From an uncultured Holophagales bacterium (GTDB lineage: Bacteria > Acidobacteriota > Thermoanaerobaculia > Multivoradales > UBA5704), in contig CAWJGT010000009.1 in assembly GCA_963842525.1 (NCBI GenBank), positions 928,001 to 992,000 of the forward strand: a stretch of DNA of 64,000 bases, given 5' to 3'. Of this stretch, positions 9,291 through 20,700 are shown piece after piece. Made by a program: the position numbers and the translations under genes. Under the pieces are notes generated by a model that saw only the letters and a list, made by a program, of their open reading frames with translations, had not been told where the DNA came from and made no database searches. The first letter of the stretch is position 1; each line of letters opens with the position of its first letter.

Positions 9291-9865
9291 CGCGCCACTC
9301 CTTTCCCATCGAGGCATCCACGCAGGTCCGCCAGGCCGCGGTAGACGAGGTTCTCCGCTTTCTTCGTGGTCCAGCCCAGCAGCTTGCCGATCTCGGGGAC
9401 GCTGTGCCCTTGCAGGTTGAGCGTCACGGCCGAGCGGCGCGGGCTGACCAGCCGGCCGAGGCAGTCCCGGATTGCCCGTCCGGTCTCCTTCGCGGCTGCG
9501 GTGCGCTCGGGGTCGGGGCTTTCCGACGCCGGATCGAACCGTACCTCCGAGCTCTCGTCTTCCAAAGGAACCTCCTGGCGCCTGCGTAGCCTCCGGATTT
9601 CATCGATAACGGCACTGTAGGCTGCCTTCCTGAGGTAGAACGAGCTGAACTCGGCGTTTCCCTCACGCTTGCGGTGGATCTCGACGACACGCATGAGGGC
9701 AACCTGGATGATGTCCTCGGAGCGGTCGGACATCCAGCGGGGGCAGGTCTGGGCCACTGCGCGCTTCAGGTCCTGGCGGAGCGCCACCAGGTCCAGCTCT
9801 GCCGGGCTGGGAAAGGCAATGACCCGGGAGCCCGGTTCGGAGGCGCTGTGTCTATCAGGTCCCAT
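9287..9865 (-). CDS. ECF-family RNA polymerase sigma factor
   Basis: Region 2 (SEDIIQVALMR...YLRKAAYSAVIDEIRR) and region 4 HTH (GHSVPEIGKLLGWTTKKAENLVYRGL); GAGGA RBS before the ATG at 9865. Confidence 0.9.
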   Translation of the reverse strand: MGPDRHSASEPGSRVIAFPSPAELDLVALRQDLKRAVAQTCPRWMSDRSEDIIQVALMRVVEIHRKREGNAEFSSFYLRKAAYSAVIDEIRRLRRRQEVPLEDESSEVRFDPASESPDPERTAAAKETGRAIRDCLGRLVSPRRSAVTLNLQGHSVPEIGKLLGWTTKKAENLVYRGLADLRGCLDGKGVAR

Positions 9866-9947
9866 CAGGTCCTCGCTGGGAAGGGATTTATAGCGCAAAA
9901 GGCCCCGCGCGTCCGCCCTACCCTCTGGGCGGTGGTCCTATCGAAGG

Positions 9948-12374
9948 TCACTCGGCCCGCAGGGCCACCAGGGGATCGACCCGGGTGGCGCGCCGGGCGG
10001 GGAGGAAGCTCGCGACCAGGGCCACGGCGATCAGGACGAGCGGCACCACGGCGAAGGTCAGGATGTCGGTCGGCTTGACGTTGTAGAGCAGCGCGGAGAG
10101 CCAGCCGGTGGTGGTCACCGCGATGGCGCCGACCAGCCCGGCGGCGAGCCCGGCCAGGGTGAGGCCGAGCCCCTGGCGCAGGACGTAGCGCAGCACGTCC
10201 CTGCGGTCGGCGCCGAGGGCCATCCGGATGCCGATCTCCTGGCGGCGCTGGGCCACCGAGTAGGCGATGATGCCGTAGAGGCCCACTGCGGCGAGGAGCA
10301 GCGCGAGCACGGCGAACAGCCCGAGGATCAGGGTACGCAGCCGCGGCCGGGCGATGGACTCGGAGATCTCCGTCTCCATGGTGGTCAGGTTGGCCACCGG
10401 GATGTCGGGGTCGATGGAGCGGGCCACCTGCCGGACCTCCCCGGCGAGCGCCAGCGGATCGCCCTCGGCGCGGACCATCACGTCCATGGCCCAGTGGGGC
10501 TGCTGCAGCAAGGGGATATAGAGATCGGGCCGCACGGCTTCGATCTCGCGGTAGCGGGCGTCGCCCACCACGCCGACCACGGTCAGCCAGGGGCGGTCCG
10601 TCTGGCCGCCGCGGCCCCAGCGCAGGCGCTTGCCCCTCGGGTCCTGGCCCGGCCAGAAGCGCTCGGCCGTGGACTTGTTGACGATGGCCACGAGCTGCGA
10701 CGTGTCGGTATCCGTCGTCGTGAAGTCCCGCCCCTGGAGCAGCGGGATGCCCATGGTCTGGAAGTAGCCGGGGCTGACCCGCTCATGGTTCGACGTCGGG
10801 TTGGTCGCCTGCGCCTCCGGCGTCTGGCCCTCGACCGTGAAGTCGTAGTCCCAGCCGATGGGGCCGGAGAGCGGGCGCAGGAGCACGAGGCTCGCGCGCT
10901 CGACCCCCGGCAGGGCCTCGACCTGCTGCAGCACGTTCTGGAAGTAGCCGGCCCAGTTGTGCGGCTCGGGGTACTTGCTGTTGAGCGTCAGGCGGAAGGT
11001 GAGGAGCCGCTCCGGCCGGAAGCCGAGGTTGGTCCGCTCGAGCTCCACGAAGCTGCGGATGACCAGCCCGGCGGTGACGAGCACGACCAGGGCCAGGGCC
11101 ACCTCGCCGGCGACCAGCAGGTTGCGCAGCCGGCTGGTGCGGACGCCCGCCGACGACTTGCCTCCTTCCTTGAGCGCCGCGGAGAAGTCCGGGCTGGTGG
11201 TCTGGAGCGCCGGCGCCAGGCCGAAGAGGAGCACGGTGGCGAGCGACACGGCCAGGGCGAAGGCGATGACCCGGCCGTCGATGCCCACCTCGTCCAGGCG
11301 CGGGATGTCCGCCGGGCCGATGGCGACGAGGACCTGGAGGCCGGCCCAGGCGAGCAGCAGGCCGACGACCGCCGCGAGAACGGCGAGCAGCAGGCCTTCG
11401 GCCAGGAGCTGCCGGACCAGTTGCGTGCGCCCGGCGCCGAGGGCGGTGCGCACCGCGGTCTCCTTCTGCCGCGCCGCGGCCCGCGCGAGGAGCAGGCCGG
11501 CGACGTTGGCGCACGCGATGAGCAGCAGGAGCCCGACGGCGCCGAGCATCAGGAGGAGCGCGGCCCGGGTGTCGCCCAGGATCTCCTCGACGATGGGCGT
11601 GACCCGCGCCGTATAGCCCTGATTGGCGACCGGGCGTTGCTGCTGCATCGCGAGGGAGACGCGGAGGAGGTCCTCGCGCGCCTGCTCCAGGCCGACGTCC
11701 GGCTTCAGGCGGCCGATCGCGTGCATGATCCGGAGGTCGCGGATCGAGGTGTCGGCATAGAGGTCGGACAGGGTCGTATAGAGGTCGACGCCCTGGGGGA
11801 AGCGGAAATCCGGGGGCAGGATACCCACGATCAGATGGGGCGTGTTGTCCAGGAGGACCTTCTGGTTGACGACCGCTGGGTCGGAGCCGAAGTGCCGCTG
11901 CCAGAAACCGTGGGAGAGCACCACCACCCGGGCGCCCGGCTTGTCCTCCTGGCCGGGCAGGAAGGTCCGCCCGAAGGCGGGCCGGACGCCGAGGACCCGG
12001 AAGAGGTTGTCCGAGGCCAGCCGTCCCCGCACGTGGAGGGCCTCGCCGCGGCCGGTCAGGGAGACGTCGGCGTCGTTGGTGGTGATCACCGCCAAGTCGG
12101 AGAAGACCCGGTTGTTGTCCTTCCAGTCGGTGAAGTCCTGGATCGAGACCTCGACGAGCTTCTGGTTGCGCTCCTTGACCTCGCCCCAGACGGTGACCAG
12201 GCGGTCCTGGTCGTGGAAGGGGAGGGGCCGCAGGAGCACGGCGTCGACCATGCTGAAGATGGCAGTGGCCGCGCCGATGCCGAGGCCGAGGGTGAGGACC
12301 GCCGGCAGCGTGAAGCCCGGAGACCGCACCGCGAGGCGAAGGGCATGCCGGAAGTCGCGCAGGAAGCTCGCCAT
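9948..12374 (-). CDS. ADOP-type duplicated MacB/FtsX ABC permease
   Basis: DFRHALR..RSPGFT...LGIGA, LLIACANVAGLLLAR, EIGIRMALGA and PARRATRVDPLVALR motifs; 808 aa. Confidence 0.92.
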   Translation of the reverse strand: MASFLRDFRHALRLAVRSPGFTLPAVLTLGLGIGAATAIFSMVDAVLLRPLPFHDQDRLVTVWGEVKERNQKLVEVSIQDFTDWKDNNRVFSDLAVITTNDADVSLTGRGEALHVRGRLASDNLFRVLGVRPAFGRTFLPGQEDKPGARVVVLSHGFWQRHFGSDPAVVNQKVLLDNTPHLIVGILPPDFRFPQGVDLYTTLSDLYADTSIRDLRIMHAIGRLKPDVGLEQAREDLLRVSLAMQQQRPVANQGYTARVTPIVEEILGDTRAALLLMLGAVGLLLLIACANVAGLLLARAAARQKETAVRTALGAGRTQLVRQLLAEGLLLAVLAAVVGLLLAWAGLQVLVAIGPADIPRLDEVGIDGRVIAFALAVSLATVLLFGLAPALQTTSPDFSAALKEGGKSSAGVRTSRLRNLLVAGEVALALVVLVTAGLVIRSFVELERTNLGFRPERLLTFRLTLNSKYPEPHNWAGYFQNVLQQVEALPGVERASLVLLRPLSGPIGWDYDFTVEGQTPEAQATNPTSNHERVSPGYFQTMGIPLLQGRDFTTTDTDTSQLVAIVNKSTAERFWPGQDPRGKRLRWGRGGQTDRPWLTVVGVVGDARYREIEAVRPDLYIPLLQQPHWAMDVMVRAEGDPLALAGEVRQVARSIDPDIPVANLTTMETEISESIARPRLRTLILGLFAVLALLLAAVGLYGIIAYSVAQRRQEIGIRMALGADRRDVLRYVLRQGLGLTLAGLAAGLVGAIAVTTTGWLSALLYNVKPTDILTFAVVPLVLIAVALVASFLPARRATRVDPLVALRAE

Positions 12375-12411
12375 AGGGACGAGGAATATACAGCACCGCG
12401 GGGCCGGAGCC

Positions 12412-12444
12412 GAACCCGGCCCCCCTGAGGTGGGGGCCGGGTTC
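12412..12444 (-). terminator. Hairpin between the cytochrome and permease genes
   Basis: 13-bp stem GAACCCGGCCCCC / GGGGGCCGGGTTC. Confidence 0.6.
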
Positions 12445-12467
12445 TTGCCGGCAGGATCAGGGTCGGC

Positions 12468-14555
12468 TCAGAACAGGAGGTTGCCCTCGCCCAGGGTGAA
12501 GTTGAGGCCGCTTCCGTACCTGGACTTGGCGAAGTTGAAGTCGTTCAGGGCGCCCTGGATCAGGCTCTTGCGCTGGCTGGTCGAGAGCGAGGAGTCGAGG
12601 ATGACGACGGTGTTCTTGGTGATGCCGTTGAGGAGGAAGAACACGGCGTCGGAGTGGAGGCCCTTGGCGTCCAGAACCTCGATGGCGTCCACGGCCTCGG
12701 TGTTGGCCAGCGAGAGCAGCATGTTGGTGGTGTTGCGCTTGTTGGGGTCCGTGCTGGCGCTGTTCTCCAGAGCCAGGGCGGCGGTGTTGCGCTTTTGCGA
12801 GAGGGCGGTGTTGAACGCCGCGTTGAGGACGCGCAGGAACTTGCCGATGTTGTCGATGTCCGTTGGCGACAACGGAACGGCCACGCCGCCGCCGGCGGGC
12901 GACTGGGCGAACGCCGGGGTCGTATAGAACTCCACCGCATCCTCGATGGTTTCGGAGCTGTTGTTGTGGAAGAACGGCTCGGTGTCGGCGGCCTCGATCA
13001 ACGGCGTCGTGTTGAACGTGCCGTCGCCGAAGCAGTCGTTGACCCCGTTGGCGTCGCAGTCGCGGTTGGCGACCCCGAAGCCGCCGTCGAGCGGATGGGG
13101 CTCGGTGGCCTGGCTGGGGTCGGGAGCCCTCTCGACGCCCGTGTCGAAGTTGAAGTTCTGGCCGGTGGCGATGTTGGCGCCCGCATTGGCGTGGCAGCCG
13201 TTGCAGCGGGCGTCGGTGGCCACGAACCGGACCTTGCCCGCCTGGGCGCCGGAGTTGGTCAGGGTCACGCTGGCGAGGTTGAGCTCGTTGAGGCGGCCGC
13301 TGGCCAGGGAGAAGGCCTCCATCCGGTCGAGCTGGGCGTCCGTCGGCAGGACGAAGTCAACACCGGAGACCCGGTTGAGGCGCTTGGTGAAGTGCTGGGT
13401 CACCGCGCCAACCGGGAAGAGGCGGAGTGCACCCGTGCTCGGAGCGCCGTCGCCGCTCCAGCCCGTGCGCTGGACCGGCGCCCTGCCGTCCGCTGGGGCC
13501 ACGATCGAAGTGGCCATCGAGAGCGAGTGCGGCACGCCGCGCATGGTGAACCTTACGGTGGGGCTGGGTGGGCCGAAGCCGTCGGTGTTTTCCAGGATGA
13601 GAGCATGATTGCGCATGAGCTGCGGGCGCTCGAGGCCGGGCACGCCGCCCAGGAAGGCTGGGAGCTCCGCCACGAAGAGCTTGTCGGTGGGGAACAGCGT
13701 CTGGATGAAGTCGAGGTCGAGCCCCTGGTTGTTCGTCACCCGGTGGCAGGTGGCGCAGGTGCGGCGGTTGCCGCTGAAGGTGCCGCGGAAGAAGAGGTCG
13801 GCGCCCTGGCCCACCGCCTGGCTGACCAGGCCGTGCGAGATGAGGACGGCCGAATTCGCCTCCGCCTCGCGGGGAACGAACATCGATCCCAGGGAGGCCG
13901 GGCTCAGGAAACCCTGCAGCCCGAGGGTCTCCCGCGCCTGCTCCTGCTCCACGCGGGTGGTCGTGTAGAGCCGCTCGAAATACGACCGGGTGCCGAGGAG
14001 CATGCTGCTCTCAGCCGGCGTCCTGCCGGCGCGCGAGACCACCACCAGGTCGAGCTCGAAGTCGCGGAAGAACTCGCGGCCGAGCCGCGCCGCGACCTTG
14101 GCGGCCGAGCCGCCCTCCAGGCGGCCGATGCGGAACATGCGGTCTCCCGGCTCCGGCTGCACGGTCCTGCCGGGGCCGTCCTGGTTGTCGACCATCCACA
14201 GGTCGGCCGGCTGCCCGTTCAGGCCGCGCACCTCGGCGCGCACCGAGCCGGCGATCAGGTCGAGGTCCACCTGGCCGCGAGCGGCGCTGGGCTCCGTGGA
14301 GAGACCCTCCGTCCAGCCGACGGTGATCATGACGTTGCCGTCGCCTCCGGCGGCGACGTACTTCTTCTGCCAGTCCCGATAGAACGGCTCGAGGGCCGAC
14401 TGCTCCGCGAGAATGGCCTGGAACGGATCAGCAGGCTGCACCGCCGCAGCGGGTGGCTCGGGGCTGAGGCCGGCGGTCAACAGCAAGATCGGCGGCAAGC
14501 CCAGGATGAAGACGGTAGCAAGGACGAAGGAAAGCAGCTTTATCTTGCGCTTCAT
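12468..14555 (-). CDS. Exported di-haem c-type protein, cytochrome c peroxidase/MauG-like superfamily
   Basis: N-terminal hydrophobic segment; CATCH and CNGCH haem motifs; TPLIEAADTEPFFHNNS resembles the CcP TAPYFHDGS segment. Confidence 0.75.
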   Translation of the reverse strand: MKRKIKLLSFVLATVFILGLPPILLLTAGLSPEPPAAAVQPADPFQAILAEQSALEPFYRDWQKKYVAAGGDGNVMITVGWTEGLSTEPSAARGQVDLDLIAGSVRAEVRGLNGQPADLWMVDNQDGPGRTVQPEPGDRMFRIGRLEGGSAAKVAARLGREFFRDFELDLVVVSRAGRTPAESSMLLGTRSYFERLYTTTRVEQEQARETLGLQGFLSPASLGSMFVPREAEANSAVLISHGLVSQAVGQGADLFFRGTFSGNRRTCATCHRVTNNQGLDLDFIQTLFPTDKLFVAELPAFLGGVPGLERPQLMRNHALILENTDGFGPPSPTVRFTMRGVPHSLSMATSIVAPADGRAPVQRTGWSGDGAPSTGALRLFPVGAVTQHFTKRLNRVSGVDFVLPTDAQLDRMEAFSLASGRLNELNLASVTLTNSGAQAGKVRFVATDARCNGCHANAGANIATGQNFNFDTGVERAPDPSQATEPHPLDGGFGVANRDCDANGVNDCFGDGTFNTTPLIEAADTEPFFHNNSSETIEDAVEFYTTPAFAQSPAGGGVAVPLSPTDIDNIGKFLRVLNAAFNTALSQKRNTAALALENSASTDPNKRNTTNMLLSLANTEAVDAIEVLDAKGLHSDAVFFLLNGITKNTVVILDSSLSTSQRKSLIQGALNDFNFAKSRYGSGLNFTLGEGNLLF

Positions 14556-14779
14556 AATACCTCCACCAGAGGGAAGTCCAGATCAAAGAGAGGAGAAGGA
14601 CATGGGGGCATGACGCCGCCGGTGGGCCCCGGCAGACGGGGGGCTGCGAAGCCATGCGGAGGTCCGATGCGAGGCGCAAGCGTCTGCGGGTCATGAGTCC
14701 CACACTTCGCCGCAGCGTCGGTGTCGCCGCTGCGCGCTACGTCAATCGCCTTCTGGAGGAGCTACTCGAAGATGTTCTT

Positions 14780-17700
14780 CTACTTACTTGGGTGCGGAGG
14801 ATCGACGAGACGTGACACCAAATCGTCGATATGCGGCGGCCGCAGGATGGAATAGTGGTCGCCGGGGATCGAGGCCACCCCAAGCTCGGCCACACGCCCT
14901 TCCCACCCCGGCAAGGAATCGCGCGGTGTGTCCTCGGGACGGAAGAGCAGCGCTTTGCCGCCGTAGGTGCCCCCCTCGTAGCAACGCGCCGCCTCGGCGT
15001 GTGTCCGGAAGGTCTCGAAGAGCCGCCTTGCTCCGACGAGGTCGAGCCCCGGCGGGAGGAGGTCGGCTTCGCGTGCCAGGCCGAGGAGGCGGCGCAGGCC
15101 CTCATTGATATCCAGGCTCCGCAGCTCCTCGACGATCATGGCGGGAAGCCCGATTCCGATCCGGGCCCCCAGGTCCGCGGCGAGAGCGAGGACGAGGTCG
15201 GAGTCGGGAAGGGGATCGCCATAGTGGCCTGGCGCCATGGTATCGATCAGGATGAGGTCGACACTCTCCCCCTCAGCCTCCAGCCGCCGGGCCATCTCGA
15301 AGGCGACGAGGCCGCCCAGCGACCAGCCGCCGAGGCGGTAGGGGCCTTGCGGATGCGCGTTCCGCAGACTGCGGAGATAGCGGTCGGCCATGTCCTCGAT
15401 TGTGGCCTCGGCACCGGTGGCCTGGAACCCGTAGACCGGATGATCGGGGCCCAGCATGTTGGCGAGGGGGGCATAGCCGAGCACGCTGCCTCCGGCCGGG
15501 TGGACCAGGAAGAGCGGCGGACGGGTGCCGGCCGGCTGGATGGCGACCAGCGGGTCCGTCTCGACAGTGGTCCCTTCCTGGCGCAGGACGGTGGCCAGAT
15601 CCTCGATCGTGGGGCTCATGAAGAGCACGGCGACCGGGAGGTCCCGGCCGAACCGTTCGCGCAGGCGGGCCATCAGGAGGATGGCCAGCAGGGAGTGGCC
15701 GCCCAGCTCGAAGAAGCTGTCGCGGACGCCGATCGGCCGGACGCCGAGCATGTCCTCCCAGAGGTGGACCAGCTCCAGCTCGACGGCATCGCGCGGCGGG
15801 AGGGCCTCGCGGTCGCCGGTGCGCTCCGGAGCGGGCAGGGCCCGGCGGTCGACCTTGCCAGCCGGCGTGAGCGGCAGGGCGTCGAGGCGCACGAAGGCCG
15901 AAGGGAGCATGGGCTCGGGGAGACGGCTGCGCAGGAAGGCGCGCAGCTCGCGGGGCGGGACGTCCCCGACCACATAGGCCACCAAGCGCTTGTCGCCTGG
16001 ACGATCCTCTCTCACCAGCACGGCGGCTTCGCGCACCCCCGGGCAGGAGGCGAGGGCGGCTTCGATCTCGCCGAGCTCGATCCGCAGGCCGCGGATTTTC
16101 ACTTGATGGTCGATCCGGCCGAGGAACTCCAGATTGCCGTCCGCCAGCCGGCGCGCCAGATCGCCGGTGCGGTACATGCGCTCGCCCTCGATCCCCGCGA
16201 ACGGCTCGGGGAGGAAACGCTCGGCGGTCAGGTCCGGCCGGCCGAGGTAGCCACGGGCGAGCCCCACACCGGAGAGCCAGACCTCGCCGGCCGCCCCAGG
16301 CGGGACTGGCTCCAGGTGCCGGTCGAGAAGCCAGGCGCGGGCGTTGCGCAGCGGCCGGCCGATCGGCGTCCGGCGGTCGCGCGCTTCCGGGCCTACGGGG
16401 TAGAGGGTTGCGCAGATGGTCGCCTCGGTGGGGCCGTAGCCGTTGAGGATCCGCAGCCCGGGGATGCTGCGCATCAGCGAGGCGAGGAGAGGCTCGGGGA
16501 TCGGCTCGACGCCGACGAGCAGCCGGCGCAGGCTCGGCGGGGGCGCCGCGGCCAGGTCCGCTAGCAGCATCGGCGGCACGTAGGCGCTCTCGATCCCGCG
16601 CTCGGCGAGCCAGGCGGCGAAGGCCCGGCCGTCGGCCCGCACCGCCGCGGGCGGGATCTCCAGCCGTCCCCCCGAAAGCAGGGCCGAGAAGACCTCCCAG
16701 ACCGAGGGGTCGAAGGACAGGCTCGTCCAGACGCTGGAGGCCGCGCCCACGGGCACCGGCGCCCGCTCGTCGAGCTCCGCCAGGTGATTCAGGACCCCGG
16801 CATGGTGGCAGGCGACTCCCTTGGGGCGCCCGGTGGAGCCGGAGGTGAAGAGGACGTAGGCGAGGCTCTCGGGGCGAGGCCGCCGCCCTAGCCCAGGGTT
16901 CACACCCTGGGCTACCGAATGGCGCCCTCCGGGCTCTGGAGAGCCGAGGATTTGAGAGCCCGGAGGGCGGAACTGGGTAGCCCCGGGTGTCAACCCGGGG
17001 TGAGCGGGCTCGACGACCTCTCGCGTGATCGTCGCCGCCAACCCAGCATCCTCCGCCATCTGCCGCAGCCGTTCCTCCGGATAGGCCGGATCGAGCGGCA
17101 CGTAGGCCCCGCCGGCCTGGAGCACCGCCAGGATCGCCACGATCGCATCGACCGAGGTCTCCATCCGGATCCCCACCCGGTCCTCCGCGCCGATCCCCAT
17201 GGCCAGGAGGTGCGAGGCCAACCGACCGGACCGTTCCGCCAGCTCGGCATAGGTGAGCCGCTGGTCGCCTTGGACCAGGGCCGGAGCCTCCGGCGTCCGC
17301 CGGGCCTGCTCCAGGAAGGGCTCGTGGAGGAGCCCCTCCGGCACAGGCTTTCGATCACCCTGGCTCTCCTCCAGGAGCTGGTGCCTCTCGGCCTCGGAAA
17401 GCAGCGGGAGACTGAAGACCGGCCGCGCAGGATCGGCGGCAGCCGCAGCGAGGAGGGTCTGCCAGCCGTCGGCCAGCCGGTCGAGGGTCGCGGGCTCGAA
17501 GAGGTCGGCGGCGTACTCGATGCCGAGGTTGATCGCCTCCCCGGTGTCGAGGACGTTGAAGAAGATCTCGTACTTCACCGCCGGTACGGTCGGGACCAGC
17601 GGAGAGACGCGCAAGCCCGGCAGCCCGGCCTCCCGCGGGTCGGCGGTCAGCAGGCCGAACGCCACCTGGAAGAGCGGCGAGCGGTCGAGCATCCGCTCGG

Positions 17701-20700
17701 GCTGCAGCTCCTCGACGAGCCGCTCGAACGGGAGGTCGGCATGGGCGTGGGACGCGAGGATGCTCTCCCGGACCCGGCCGGCCAGCTCCGCGAAGCCCGG
17801 CTCGCCCGCGAGGCCGGCGCGCAGCACCAGGACGTTGGCGAAGAGGCCGATCAGCCCCTCGGTCTCCAGGCGGTCGCGGCCGGCGGTGGGCGAGCCGACG
17901 CAGAAGTCCTCCTGATGGGCATGGCGGGCGAGGACGACCTGGAAGGCGGCCAGCAGGACCGCGAACGGGGTCGACACGGTGCCACGGGCGAGGGCGCGCA
18001 CGTTGGCCGCCAGATCGTCCGGGAGCCGCCGCCAGCGATAGGCGCCGCGCTGGCTCTGGATCGGCGGCCGCGGCCGGTCGGTGGGGAGGTCGAGGACCGG
18101 CGAGGCCCCGGCCAACCGCTCCCGCCACCAGGCGAGCTGCCGTTCCAGGACCTCCCCCTGGAGCCAGCCGCGCTGCCAGAGGGCAAAGTCCGCATACTGG
18201 ATCGGCAGGGCGGGCAGCGGAGAAGGGAGCCGCCGCGAGAAGGCGTCGTAGAGGGTTCCCAGGTCGCGCTGGAACACCTGGAGCGACCAGCCGTCGCTGA
18301 CGATGTGGTGGGACATCACGAGAAGAGCGTGCTCGGCGGGACCGAGCCGGAGGAGCCAGACCCGCAGCAGCGGCCCGCGGGCGAGGTCGAACGGGCGCGC
18401 CGCCTCTTCCAGGGCGATGCGGCGGGCCTCCTCCTCCCGGACCTCCGCGAGAAGGCCGGCGAGGTCGGTCAGGGGAAGCTCCGGCGTGGAGGCTGGCGCG
18501 ATCCGCTGCACCGGCTCGCCCGCGCGCTCCGCAAACGTGGTGCGCAGCGCCTCGTGCCGGCGCACGATCCCGGCCAGGGCCGCGGCGAGCGCCGGCACGT
18601 CCAGGTCCCCCTCCAGGCGCAGCGCCGCGGGGACGTTGTAAGCCGCGCTCCCGGGCTGCAGGCGGTCGAGGAACCAGAGCCGGCGCTGCTGGAACGAGAC
18701 GAGGGCCTCGTCCCAATCTCCAACGGGCCGCTCCGGCCGTGGCGTGATCGGAGGAGGGGCCGGTCCGGCCAGCACCGTCCGCGCCGACCGGATGCGATCC
18801 GCGAGCTCGGCCACGGTCGGCCGCTCGAAGAGGTCGCGCAGCGGCAGCTCGACCCCGAAGGCCCGGGTGACGCGCGCCAGAAGCTGGGTCGCCAGAAGGG
18901 AGTGTCCGCCGAGGGCGAAGAAGCTGTCGTGGCGCCCGACCCGCTCGGCGGCCAGCACCTGGCCCCAGATTCCGGCAAGCTCCTGTTCGACCGGATCGCG
19001 AGGCGGCTCGAAGGGCCGCTCGGCCTCCAGTTGTATCGCCGCCTCGGACCCCATCCGGGCGAGGACCCGGCGGTCCACCTTGCCATGAGGCGTCAGGGGC
19101 AGCGCAGGGAGCGGCACGAAGAGCGACGGGATCATGACCTCGGGAAGGCTCCGGCCGAGGAAGGCGCGCAACGCTTCGGGGGGCGGAGGATCGGACTCGG
19201 CGGCGAAATAGGCCACCAGCCGCTTGCCGGTGACGCCGCCCTCGTCCTGGACCAGCACCACCGCCTCGCGCACGTCCGGGTGGCGGGAGAGAGCCGCCTC
19301 GATCTCCGCCGGCTCGACACGGATGCCGCGGATCTTGACCTGATGGTCGATCCGCCCGAGGAAGTCGATCACGCCGTCCGGCTGCCATCGCGCGAGGTCG
19401 CCGGTCTTGTAGAGGCGCTCCCCGGGCTGCTCCGAAAACGGATTCGGCACGAAACGTTCGGCTGTGAGGTCGGGTTTGCCCGTATAACCGCGAGCGAGGC
19501 TGACGCCGCCGAGGAACAACTCTCCGGGCACCACCGCCGGGACCGGCGCGCCGTTGCGGTCCAGGATGTACTGCCGGGCGTTGGCGATCGGCCGGCCGAT
19601 CGGCGGTCCGGCAGGCCAGGTGCCCGGCGGCCCCGCAAGCATGTGGGCGGTGATGCCGTGCGTCTCGGCCGGGCCGTAGAAGTTGCGCAGGCGGCATGCG
19701 GGCAGCCGTTCGAAGAGGCGGGCCACCGCGGGTGTAATCTTCATGGCCTCGCCCACCGTGGTGACCCAGCGTAGCGAGGCGAGCCGTTCCTCCCGGCCTT
19801 CGCAGACCTCGGCGAGCTGCTGGAGCACGACGACCGCCAGCACCATCTCCTCGATCTTTTCCTCTTCGATGTAGCGGGCCATGGCTTCGGCATCGCGCCG
19901 CGCAGACTCCGTCAGGAGATGAAGCGAGCCGCCCGAGGCCAGGGCGGTGAGCAGCTCCTGGAAGAAGACGTCGAAGCTGAACGAGGAGAAGCCGAGCACC
20001 CGCCGCCCGCCGCCATAGGCGCCGATGTGCCAGCGCACCATGTTGACCAGCGCACGCTGGGTGAGGGCGATGCCTTTGGGACGGCCGGTGGTGCCGGATG
20101 TGTAGATGATGTAGCCGGGGTGGTCGGGGAGAGGGAGAACCTCACCCCCTGTCCCCCTCTCCCATCTCCCTTCCACCCCCCGCCGGGAGAGGGGGAACGC
20201 ATCCAAAGCCTTATGCCCGGGCTCGCCACCTTCGCTCCATCTACGTTCCCCCTCTCCCGGGGATAGGGAGGGTGGGAGATGGGAGAGGGGGTTAGGGGGT
20301 GAGGACATCAGCACCCGTGCCCCCGAATCCGCCAGCATGTACTCCAGCCGTTCCGCCGGATGCGCCGGGTCGAGCGGCACATAGGCCCCGCCTGCCTCCA
20401 GCACCGCCAGCATGGCGATCAGCAGCTCCATCGACCGCTCGGCGCAGATCGCGACCGGCGAGTCCGGACCGACTCCCAGCTCCCGCAGCCGGCCGGCGAG
20501 TGCGGACGTCCGGCGCCGCGTCTCCGCGTAGGTCAGACGCTCGTCGCCGAAGACCAGGGCGAGCGCCTCCGGAGTGCGCTCCGCCTGGGCGGCGAACATC
20601 GCGAAGGCCGTCTCCCGGTCTGCCCGTCTCGGATAGCCCCGGTGTCGTTCCACTCGCGGAGCACCTGCGGCCTCCTCGGCCGCGGTCAGGAGCGGGAGGC

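Noticed and set aside
14556-14779. Possible riboswitch upstream of the cytochrome gene
   Set aside because: No recognisable conserved aptamer motif.
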